This document shows positions 23,176-35,100 of a stretch of 64,000 bases of DNA, piece after piece. Below the pieces are notes generated by a model. It searched no databases, had not been told where the DNA came from, and saw nothing but the letters and a program-made list of their open reading frames with translations. Positions within the stretch are counted from its first letter, which is position 1. Every line of letters begins with the position of its first letter. Source of the stretch: Diplonema japonicum (Eukaryota > Protista > Euglenozoa: Diplonemea); NCBI GenBank assembly GCA_964019335.1, contig OZ025728.1:310001-374000 (forward strand), read 5' to 3'. The position numbers were made by a program, and so were the translations under genes.

Positions 23176-26100
23176 TCAATCCACGGAGCATAGCAAGCAA
23201 ACTCCTCTGAGCTGCCAAAAGTTCCTCGCATTCATGTGCTCGAGGTCTTCGCAATTGAGCTGCACATCGAAAATCCAATTGATGTCGTTCCTTGTAGGGT
23301 ACTTGTAGACGGGACAGTCGTACCGCGCCATGGCTTTCTCCTTTGTCTTTGTGTTTGTAACTGTACGCTTGCCTTCCTCTTGCTGCACCGCTGTCACGAA
23401 GAGAACAGGAAGCTCTTTAGGTGCCTCCTTTGGCAACGGATCCTTCAACTTCTGCCGAGTGCGGTCCCATCCGGCACCCTCTAGGTACAATCCATGTATG
23501 AAAACACCTTCTGGTGGCGCGCGGTCCACTTCGTGCTTTTCATATTTCTGAACCTCAGTTTTTAAGATGACATCGTCGAGGGCCCAACCTTCGTTTTTAT
23601 GCGCGCGGGTGACTTCTTGTCGAACAGATGTGAGAAATCCCTGCGGGTTGTAGAAACCTGTTAGCCAGTATTTGCTGGGTCTGTCTTCTCTGACCCATAA
23701 ATCGAGTTGCTTCTGACGTGCTAAAACCTCGCTGAACCATATTCCCATAGTGGGGCTTGGCCATGAGACGGTTGTCCACTTTACAGGGACCTTTGCGTCG
23801 TGTAAAGCATCGCGTGCGGCTTGTAGTTCGGCGGAAAGAACAACGATTCCAGCGATAGCGAGCTTCAAATCCCGCAGCGTGCTGCCTATCAGCGCAAGGC
23901 ACAGGTTGAGCCTTTCGATTTCCTGCCTGCAGAAGATATTCAGTGGTTTTTTGTCGTCTATCTTTTTCATCATCTCGCGCACGTTGTCCATCTTCCACTC
24001 CGGGGGGAGCCTCTTCAAAAAATCGTCCGCCATGGAAATGACGATCTGTTCAGGGGACTTCCCACCGCCCGCGCTGCTCCCCCTCGGTTGGATCGACAGA
24101 ATCTTGTTCAAAGTTTGTTGCGACTGCCGTGTTCTGTAAATAATGTCTGCATTGGCGTGAAGCCCGAAAACTTCGGGGGGATCGACTTCAGGGTACTTGT
24201 CCAGGTACTCCTTGTGCTTGATGTACTCTTCAAAGCAAGGTATACCATATCCCGAGTAAAATTCAAAACCCGATTCGCAGATTGCAGAGTTCATGTTAAC
24301 CTCACAGATTGTGTTGAACATGATTCTGTCCTTGTTGTCGGTGATTCGGCCGCCGTACTGGATCTCAGAGATCATGTATCGAACTGTGATCCAGGATACT
24401 TGCGCGCCTTTCTTCGCATCGTCGCCGATTGTCGCCATGTGGTTTTGTAGGAATTGCACGCTGGCCTGCCAGTCGCCTTGGTTGAACTCGTACGGGATGC
24501 AGAAGCCGATCGGCCCGAACTTCTTTCTCTCAACGACGTTGGAGTGGATGAAGCACTGCGCGAACAACATGGCCTTCCACTCCGGACGGCGGTACGAATC
24601 TAGCATTTCTTGGTTGAACCATCCGTAGCTACGTTTAATGCCCGTCTTAATACCAGGAGGCGGCTCGTTCGTTAGCTTGATCGACATTTGCAACAACCCT
24701 ATTGGGAATCTTGGGTGCGGCTCGCTGGTGATCAAAACCCTTGCCTCGGCTCCAATTGTGTCCGGGTCCGTCTTCACGAGAACCGTCTCCAGATCCGCCA
24801 GGAATTTCAACCCGAGATGGCAGTTTTGCAGTAGAGCCCATTCGCCGCACCCGGAAAAGGAAGCGAGCGTTGCGTCCATCGCTGCTTGTTCCTGACCCTG
24901 CCCCATCGAGATCCCTCCTTGAGGGATGATCTGTTTCTTACGGCGTTTTGCAGATGCTTCGATCAGCGAGGAAGGGTCGGAACCTTGGCTGAGCAGGAAG
25001 ATTATAGGTGTGAGCCCTGTCGTGGTTTCGATCACAGACTCGAAATCGAGCTGCAGCGGCTCGGCGTACTCCTTGCCCAACACAATACTGACGTAGCTTA
25101 ACGCGGCCAGCATGGCACGGTCTTCTCGGAGAGACCTGACAATCAACAGCCTGTCAAACGGCTCCATTTTTTCCTCGATTTCCGGAACGGGGGTGATCTC
25201 AGGCGACTCAGCGTCGTACCAGTCCCGCCACAATCGTTCCGACCTGCTTATGTAGTCCGGTAGTAATTTAAAGCTTTTCGGTGCGCCTTCGGACAAAGCT
25301 ACGATGTTCAGCCACGCCCTGTCGGGGATCCATGGGAAGGGTTTGACTCGAGTCTCGTTGATAGACAGAGCAGCACCGCCTTTGAGAAGCGTTTGGAACG
25401 ATTCGTGTGGAAGCTTCGTGGCGTCACGCGCGTGTAGTTTAGTCTTGCACGCCATCGTCAGGACGAACAGCAAACGGTGGGCTGTGAACAACCCACGGGT
25501 GATGTGCTCGAACACCACACGGGTCATCATGGCTATAATATTCGATATGCGTTTTGTTGTAAGCTGCGCTGGTTCGGAGTGAGTGATGGCTTCGTCGAAA
25601 AGCCGGAGGAACTGCGGAAGTGACGTCTGATACATGTGGGAGACCTGCGACATGTCCACTATGAGGAAGTACAAGATAGATCCGCGCAGTGCAACGGGGC
25701 GGTACTCCTCAGAGGCAGACGTGATTCGCTTTCTCGTTTCCTGTGCAACCGCGAGTTTTTCTTTGATTTCTGCGGATGCTTTTTTCGCGTCGGCGAGCGT
25801 TGCGATAAGTTCATCATCGTCAATGAGGTTTCCTTTAGACGCGGCGAGCTGTGCCAGCAGCCTGTCCTCGAACTCTTTCAACCGCTTCTCGTTTTCGTTG
25901 ACCTCCTCGATGAGCTTCGCGCGTTCTTCCTCGAGCTCCCGCTTCTCCTTGCCTATAACCTGACCTAGTAGTTGCTGTTCCAAACCCTGCATGGTTACGG
26001 TCATGTCAATGACCAACGCCTTTGCAAACAGTTCTGGTGTGAACAGAGGGTTTGGAAGCCTGGTGGTCATAGCAAGCTTGAAATCATCGTCAAAATCGTG

Positions 26101-29100
26101 TGGTTTGTCGTTGATGATGATGTTCTGCATGCGTCCGGCGCGCACGATTATCTTGTCGAGAACGGGGTCTATCATCGGGTCTATGTCCTCCGTGCAGTTT
26201 TCCAACAGAAGGCACCCTCCGTCCTGCAACTGCTTCGCAAGATGGTCCGGAAACTTCTTGTCGTCGAACTGCGTCACCGCAACGTTCTCGCCATACCTGG
26301 ACCGAAGCCATTTCAAACCCTGCCCCTGGGGATCGATTATAAGCGGGTACTTCCCGGTTTTTTTGTTGTTCAAATTTGACGAGATCATAATCGCGTTCTG
26401 AACAGAATGATCGTCAGATGGAAGCCCCTCGATTTGCCAATCTGTAATCTGAGATTCTGTTGTCAGAAATTTCACGACACTGATAGAATCGGTGACCGGG
26501 ATTTTTAGTTTCAAACACATGTTGTAAAAGTGTTCTGTGAGCAGCGTGTGTCTGAAGTCAGCGTTGAAGGGACCGCAGTACGAAATAAACGCGCACGATA
26601 AGGCAACGTCGCCGACGAGCCTTCTGACGCGCTCCTTGAACTCGTTCGACTGTTTTGTCCACCTTTCACGCTCGCCTGATAACGCGTCGATTAGACCGTT
26701 GGCGGCGTCCATTCGCTTCTTCGTGCCCACCGCATCGTCCTCCAAGGCTTGTTTTTTCCCCTTCGCGGAGTCCAGTTTTGCTTGGCACTTCGCACGGTCG
26801 CCTTGTACGGCTTGCAGTTCAGATTCCTTCTCCTCCAGTTTCCTGTTTGCAACCCGGAGCTGTGCTTCTGCTTCTCGCAGCGCTTCCATTTTCGGTTGGA
26901 CGAATTTCGCTATGCCTATGTAATCGTACATCGCCCGCACCCATAAGCACATGCCTGCAACATCCTTCGCAGATTTTGTTGCGGTCTCGCCGTTCCAGGC
27001 TTCCATGGATAGGTATGGAAGGAGGAGTTCGCAGGTTTCCTCGTTGATCTGATCCTTTTTCCCGACACCGCCTTCGGAGACGGCTTTGAAAGCTTGTAAA
27101 CGCTCGATGGCCTTCATGTCGGAAAGGAATTTCCGACCAGCTTCCCACGAGTCCTTGACCCATGCTCCGCCCTTCTCGAGGACAGCTTCACAGTGTTTGT
27201 TCTCGATGGGGTCGTGGAGCAGGATGCAGACTCCATCTAGAATTCGTTTAACTAACGCTGGGGGGTTTGAAAGCTTCTTGACATTCTGCAACGCTTTCGG
27301 GTCGATGGAGTCGAGGGCTTTGTTCGCAGCCTCCAGCATTGGGCGTGCTGCGGCAAGATCCTGCTCAGCGTCATCTTTGACAGCTTGCACCTTTCGAGCG
27401 TCACGGGAAAGCGTTTCCTTCACAGCTCCGACTTCACTTTCCTTTTTCTCCGCGATGCCCGTCGCCTCGGTTATTTCTAAAAGCAATGTATCTGTTTCTT
27501 TCGTTGCCTGTTGCAGGTTCACCTCCTTTTCAGCCAGGTTGATCTTCATGAGCCTGACGTCTTCGCCGGCTTGGTGAAGCTTTTTCAAACCACCCCCGAT
27601 GTTAACTGCGAGAACGTTGATCTGCTGAAACTTCTCTTTGTACACAGCTATGTAGGCTTCCAAGAAGGATAGGTACGATTTCGGGGTGCTGAAGACTGAC
27701 CGTCGGAAGCGGGTGAAGTACTCCTTGGACATCTCGAGCATCAATCTGTGCAGGGAACTCATGAATTCCATCAAGCGGCCCTTCGTCTGCGCATCAGTTT
27801 CGATGTTGAAGGAGCCGATTCGCTGTTTGGAAACGTCTAGCAGCGCTGCCTCGGGCCACGGGAAAAACCAGTTGATGACGCACCCCGACACCAACGCAGG
27901 GAATTTCCTGGCCCTGTTCCGGAACTTGTCGCCGACAGGCGACATGCAAAGTACGAAGTGAAGCCTGGCCCTGACTTTGTTCACGAAGAACCTCCACAAC
28001 CAGTCCCCCGTGTCTTGGAAGTCCCGTCCGGACTCTTTTTTCGCAACAAGACGAACATCGTTGGCGATCGCGTCCTTCTCATCAGTTGCGTACAGCCCAG
28101 GGATCTCGCCCGAGGATAGAAAACTATTTATGTACTCCAGAAAGCTTTCCGACTTGATTTCGTTGTCGGTGAACATGAAGCAAACCTCGCCCTTTGTTCC
28201 GGCGTGTGTGTACTGCTCCCGGACATCGTCGAAGAGCTGGTTTATCCCGTAGCTCTTGGTCACCGTTATCTGAAACATCTTGTGGCTGTGGATAGATGCG
28301 GACAACCGTGTCAATGACTGTTTGCCGCTCCCGCCGACCCCAACGAGAAGAATGTTCCCCCTGCGGGTTGTCAAGACTCTTGTGATACGCGAAACGTGTT
28401 TGATAGCAGCGTCAAACAACACCAGCGACAGCTTTCTTGTCTTGTTCTCCCCGGATTCGTTGTACGTTGACATTCTGATGGTTAACTTCTGCCTCAGAGT
28501 TTCCATTCCATCAACTGGTTCGTACACCATTGGTGCTTCTTCAATCGTCTCGCCGGTTTCGGGGTCGATCTCAGCCTCTCTCATGAAGTTCACCCAGTAG
28601 GTCGGGTTTTTACATTGTGTGGCGAGCTGTTCCCCCAAGAATTCTTGCACGCAGCTGTTGACTTCCTTGTCGTACCAGGCTTTGTCCTCCGCGACGTTCA
28701 GCTTGTCCGAAAAAACTCTGTTGCACTCGTGTTTCCATAAGTTCACGAGAGTTGGCTCGTCCGACGTTACCTTTCTTGTCGACATGCAGATGCCTTGCGC
28801 GATTAGTGTTAGGTCTCGAAGGTTGAACATGTAGTGGAACTTTGCTGGGGTCGGAAGCATTTTGTTTTGTATCCGCGTCCAGAAGCTCAAGGACATTGGG
28901 GTCAAAACGTCAGCTACCGCGACGACTCCAGGCGGGTAGTTTCCATCAGCGTTCGTCTGCGCGAAACGCGACTGCAGAATGACCCCGAAGATCTGTTGTA
29001 GAGACTGCTCCGACGGGAGCGGGACACAGTACACCGAGAAGTGCCGTTTCAAACGGTTCGGGATGTCGTTCTTACCCCCTCCCGGCTTCGCCATCGCCGC

Positions 29101-32100
29101 AGCCCAGTGCAGGTCGACCAGATATATCAGTTCGCCTGCCTTGTCGAGAGAGTACAGACGGGACTCTTCGATGACCTGCCGTACGCTTTCATTGGTGATC
29201 TGATCGCCCCATTCGTTGACTTCGGGCATCGCGGCATCGTCGACAAAAAGCGTTAAGCGTTTGTTTCGCTTCGGCCCGTAGTACTTCCCTTGCCGTTTCT
29301 CCATGTTGTCTAGCAATGCTGTCTGGAACAGCCCGGGGCCGGTCATGAAGGAGAAGTTTATCTTTTTGAACACCATCAGCTCGCGGTGCTCCGCCTCGAT
29401 CGCGTCCATCTTGTGAACGGACCCTAAAAAGTTTTCCACGGTCACCGTTTTCGCCGTCCCGCCTCCCCCGAACAACAGAAACGGGCGTTTGTTGATAAAG
29501 TTCTGAAGCATCAAGAAGTTCAACCTTGTGCTGTCCAACGTGGGGATGAACAACGTTGCGAAGTCCTCGGTGATCTTCTTGTCCCCGGGGTATTTCCACT
29601 CTGGAACCAAATCGTTCCAATGAACCCATTTGTCGGCTCGCACGTCAACTTTAAACTCGAAAATCGTTTCCGTCTCGCTGGGTATCGACCTGCAGTGGTT
29701 TTTGACATAGCTGTCGTAGAACTTCTCGCGCGAAGCTGTTTCGAGCATTCCGCCCATGGACCACGACAGGGAAAACCAAAATATCTTTTCCATCACGGAT
29801 TTCGACGGCGTGCCCTCACAGTCTTGTATCTGCGGGAGGATCAAGAAATAGGTGTTGATCAGTTGGTGAGCACACCCAGTGTGCATCGGGGGGGAACACT
29901 CACGAAGATACATGTTCAGAGCATCGTTGACATGCAATGTGAAGAGGCTCATAATATAATCAGACACGTCACGGGGCAGAACTGTGGGGCATCCTGGGGG
30001 GACGATCCGCTCTTCCTTTCGTGTTGCGTACAGTTTTGCGCGGATAACGGGGTCCCATGGTTTGAAGTCCCCACGACCGACGCCGCCGCCTAGCTCCGCG
30101 TCAGAAACATACACAATGCCTGCACGGGAGACTGTTGCGGGGGACGCGTTGTTGAGGTTTTCGGGTTCGAAGCACACTTTCATGTTGTCCGTCATGTTGA
30201 GTCTGTCGCCAGATGCGAGCGTGAGCAGCTTGTTGTCGTCGAGAACTGTGTTCAGGTTTTCTATCCAGATTGCATCGACGGGCCCATCGCAGACCAGCCA
30301 GATTGATTGCGGTTTCTTACCGTCTGTTCTTCTTGTCTTCGCAACAGCTTGCCTCCAGAGAGCTGAGAAAATCCCGTCATGCCAGTCGCCTGTGCCTGCG
30401 TCGAGCTTTCCAAACATTTGTGATGCTGTGATGGCCTTTGGGTTCATCCGCATTTCGCTGTGCTTCATCCCGCCGTACTTTTCTTCAACATCGCAGAGCG
30501 CCTTTAACACCATGTGGTATATCATGGTTTTCCCCACCCCTGCTGGGCCCACGACCATGAGGCCATGGCGGACAAGTTTTGTCTCGTAGAGTTGAATGCA
30601 CTTTGCAACCCATGGAGGGTGGTAAATAAGCCCGGTGTCGATGACGTGCTGTTGGAGGGCCTTGTCGACCTCAGCGTAACTATTCTTCTCGGGGTTCTTT
30701 CCAGGGAAGAGGTCCTGCAGCAAGGAGTTGAACAGATCGATATCGTCGAAGACAAGCTTGGACATGTTCATGTCGCGAAGCGTGCGCATGAATAAATATG
30801 GTTCGTCCTTCACGGGCGCCTTCCTCAAGACGGACCCTGCTGTCCTCAGCACCGACAGGATGTTTCTCAGCCCGAAATCGTAATGCCGCTGCTTTGACAA
30901 CTGCTGCTCGCAAAGATTGTACAACAGGAAGAACTTCTGCGACAACAAATCGTCTTCTTTGTACCCTTGTCCGCCGAGCTTGACCTTCATGATCGCTTGC
31001 CTGTCTGGGACCATCATGGTGACGCCTCTGAATAGAATTTTTAAGTTTTCCGGGAGTTCCTGCCTGCCGGCGTAGCCGGGGTTCATCGTGATGAAGAACC
31101 CAACACCGGGCTTCAAACAGACCACGTCCTTGTCGGGGAACACGAACTCTGTTTTGTGAGCTTTCAGCCCGTTCAGCACGCTTTGTACCTGTTGCGCCAC
31201 AACAGATAGTACAGGGAGATCGATTCGGTTGAACTCATCGAAGCAGCCCCATGCGTTGGCCTGGCTCAGACCCTTGATGATCTTCCCCATTGCTTTATAG
31301 TCCAACTGGTCCGAACAGTTCGTGACGATGCACAGTTTTCCGTATGTTCGAGCGAGATCCTTTGTCGTTTCGGTTTTTCCGGTTCCAGCAGGTCCGGCCG
31401 GGGCACCGCCGAGTTTCATCGCTAAGGCTTGCGAGAGGGTTATGTAGCATCGGTCGGTGAGCGGTGTGATGACGAGCCGTTCTTTAACACCGAGGTATTC
31501 GTTGCAGTATATGGTGTCGGCGTCTGCGATTTTAATCAGCACCTCGTCTCTTTCATGGCAGAAGTAGAAGCGTGCTTGCTTCAACCAGTCGAATTGTGAT
31601 GCGTCTCTCAGTTTTCTCAGAGCGGTGTCGCCTTTTCCCGGCGGGCACCTCCACACGTCTTGCTGGTGGACGTGGATCGTGATCAGCGTTTCCACGTTGA
31701 TCCGCTCTGTTTTCGTGAGTTCTGTTCGGGTCAGTTCCACGAGCATGTCCTTGAGCTCGTTGATCCGTCTGTCCGCGGCTTCTCGAAGGCTTTTTTGTTC
31801 GCCCTTCGATCCTGTCAGAAAGTCCTGCACGTCCTGCGTCCACAACATCTGAACGATCAATAGTGATATCTGCGCGACGAAGGCGTGCAGGCACTGGTCG
31901 AAAAAGCGGAGACAGCCTTGTAGCTTTTCAATTTCCGATGCAGCGTGTTTTGTCGTCTCCCGCACTGTCAAACACATCTGATCGACCAATGCCAGCAACC
32001 ACTGTTCGACATTTCCTACGCAGGGCACCGGTTCGAGCAAAGGCAACGTTTCACCTTCTGGTGAATGCAGTTTGACGATCTTCATGACGCCCGACCCCGT

Positions 32101-35100
32101 CTCGCCCTTTGAAGGTTTAAACTTTTCAAACGTCACCGACGAGACCCCATCGAAAATGGACTGTATGTTGCCCTGGATTGCCGTTGGGTCCGATGCTTGT
32201 GAAAGAATGTCTAGCAGAACAGTCTCAGAGACGAAGTAGAAGCGTGGGAAGGCCCGGCGCTTTGTTTCCAGGTAGGACTGTAGCTGCTTCTGGCATTGGT
32301 CCAGCTGGTCTTTCAGGTTCGGGAGGAGATCGAGAAGTTCATTATCGTAGCAGAACCCAATCACGTTCTTCTGTTCCCCGGCCTTCGTCATTATCTTCAC
32401 CCATGTTTTGTCAATCTGCGCGAAGCGCTTCGCCTCTGCTGGAAGTTGCTTCATAATGTCCCCTCCTGCAAATACAGCTTCAAGCCAAACCCACGCAGAT
32501 TGTACTTCTTGCCATAAACCTAATTTTTCGCTTACTGCGGATAGTTTTGACATCCACTCGGTGACCTCTGCTCTGAATGGGGCTACGAAGCGAGAGGCAA
32601 GCATCGATCCGACTTGGAGTTGGGATTCTTCGAGGATTTCTTTGACTTGGTTAGTTTCTTCGCCTTTGAGGACGAGCTGTCCCCTGTGTTTGAACTCCCC
32701 GAAGGCCAGCTCGGTATCCTTCCAGTTCCGCTCGATTTCCTTGTACTTCCTCTCGATGTCGGCCTCCTTCTGCGCGGACATCGTGATGTCTTGAACTTCT
32801 TCTTCGCAGCTGAGGAGCTTCGCGTCAAGGATGTTGCCGAGTTTGAACAAATCTTCGTCAAGCCGCCATGTGCTGTTTGTAACTTGCATGATGGCTTTCC
32901 AGTGCCGTTCGCGCATAGCGGGGTGGGCGAGTGCGGAGATCATCTCCTCAAGCCCAAGGAAGTCGTCGATGTACTTCTTGAGCTCCAGGTATGCATCCCA
33001 TGCTTTTAAAGCCCGAGGCAGTTTCGACGCTTGTACTTGGAAGCGGTTCACTTCCTCCACGAGACTGGCAAAACCAGCACCGCCGCCTTGTCGGAGGTCT
33101 GCCCACAGAATTTCAGAGTAGCCTCTGATGTTTTGGATCACCTTGACATAAAGTACGTACAGTTTTTCAAGAAGCATTAGTTGCTTCTCGGTCTGGACGA
33201 GCTCGGGGTAGTGGTGCACGGGCATCCCAAACAGTTCCTCGCCAGCTTGAAACGTTGTCCAGGATCGCTTGTGATCGTCGAAAAGCCGTTGGAATTTCTT
33301 AAGCCTCTCCATGGCCTCGGCAGGGGTCACCCCCTCGCACATTGGACCCGTCTTGTCGAAATCCTTTTTAAACTGCTCGACAGTTACGCTGAACGTTTCA
33401 ACCTCACGCGTCAGCCGTGCTTTGAACCCGTTCTGAAGCTTCGCGATCTCGTCGTTGCGATGCAGGGCTACCATTCGTAGATTCCTCCAATGATGCCACA
33501 GCTCGCCCACTTGTTCCTCCTCGTCTTTTGGTATGTGGACGCTGTTCGATTTCAACATTTCGTAGATTTCCTGAACGGGTTCGAAGAGAAGGTCGACCTC
33601 GGACTCCCTCTCGCGGATCTCTCGCAGCGTGTGCATGATCATACGCAGATCCTCGAGGCTGTCGTTTTGGTTGATTTGTTGTTCCAATGCTTTTCTATCT
33701 TCGGTCATCTGTGCTTGTATCCGTGAGAGGTCCCTTGCAGCTTGCTGGTGCAGGTTGCGAGCGTACTGCGCTTTCCATTCCTGAGCCTCCTTTTTCAACG
33801 CTGACTTCAACCTTGACGTTGCCAGTGACAGGGACCCAATTACGTAGGTTAGCTGGATCCCGTCCACTTCGTCCTCAACAGCTTTGTACTTTCGAAGCTC
33901 TTGCTCAAACATGGTGAGGGTAGGCTCTTGTTCGAGGAAGTGCTCGTACTCAGTTTGCTTGTTGAGGGTCCATAGGTACTCAAAGCGCTTGAACGATGCG
34001 AGGTAGTCCATGACCTGTTTCTTCAATCCGTGGATGCCGCCCGTGAGAAGCAGGACTACCTTGACGATCTCCTTGTTTTTGGCGATATTTTCGAAGAACG
34101 TCTCGGGTGAGTCGATGCCGGCCCAGGGCGAGATGTACCGAGAACACTTTAGAACGGCAGTTGCGGATTGGTTGATCGCCTTCTGAACCTCTTCCAAGGA
34201 GGGGTGCAGCACGACATGAGGTGGTGCCAGTTCGATATTCACGTCGAAGAAAGGTTTGTCGACTTGCATGAAGTCAGTGCGGTTCCCTCTTGTCCCGACT
34301 CGCTTTTTGATTAAGTTCAGCGAGCGTGTCGTAGTTGCCAGGATCGCTTTGAACATCAGGAGATTGAAATGGGATTTGAGATTTGCGACCTCAAGCTTGC
34401 ATTCTCCTTTGTTAGGATGCCCCGATAGAATCGTGGCGATGACGTCGTCGGCCGCCCGTTCCACTTCGCGGTTTTTAATATCCATAAGCTCCGATTGGGA
34501 CTTGATGTGCTTCTCTTGCAAGCTGACAAATTGTTCCAACGTGAACGACTGCCCCTCGGGGAGGTACACCAGCAGCGTCCCCGATATGAACTTTAAATTC
34601 GCGTGGATTCGGTTCTCAACCACGTTCTCCACCCTACTCGTAACTATATTGAGATCTTGTATTCCAGAAAGGACCCTGTCAATGTAAGTATCGATGTTTA
34701 ACGATGTCCACGTCAGCAGCACCTCGCCTGGGCGGATCACCTTGTCGAGGGTGTCCAGGTTGTTCCGCATTAAAGATTTCGTAACGGGTATAACTGCTTG
34801 GGTGATGCGTTCGTACTCGGAAATAGCATGAGAGAGCTGACCGTGGAAGTATTTGAACTTCTTGTCCTGCATGAGAACGACTTCGGCACCGGAAGGGATG
34901 GTGATGTCCATGCGTTTGATGGCCCTGGCTTCTTTGATGAGCTGTATGATCTCCATATCGAAGTTGATGTAGAGCTTTCCCTCGTTACGGATGAGGAGCG
35001 TCGCGTTGAGGCCACTGCGCATGTTGGGGACGGACTGTTTCCACGCGGTAAGCCAAACGGTTTCGAATTCGATAAGCGCCCGTGCGATCCTGTTGTAGCT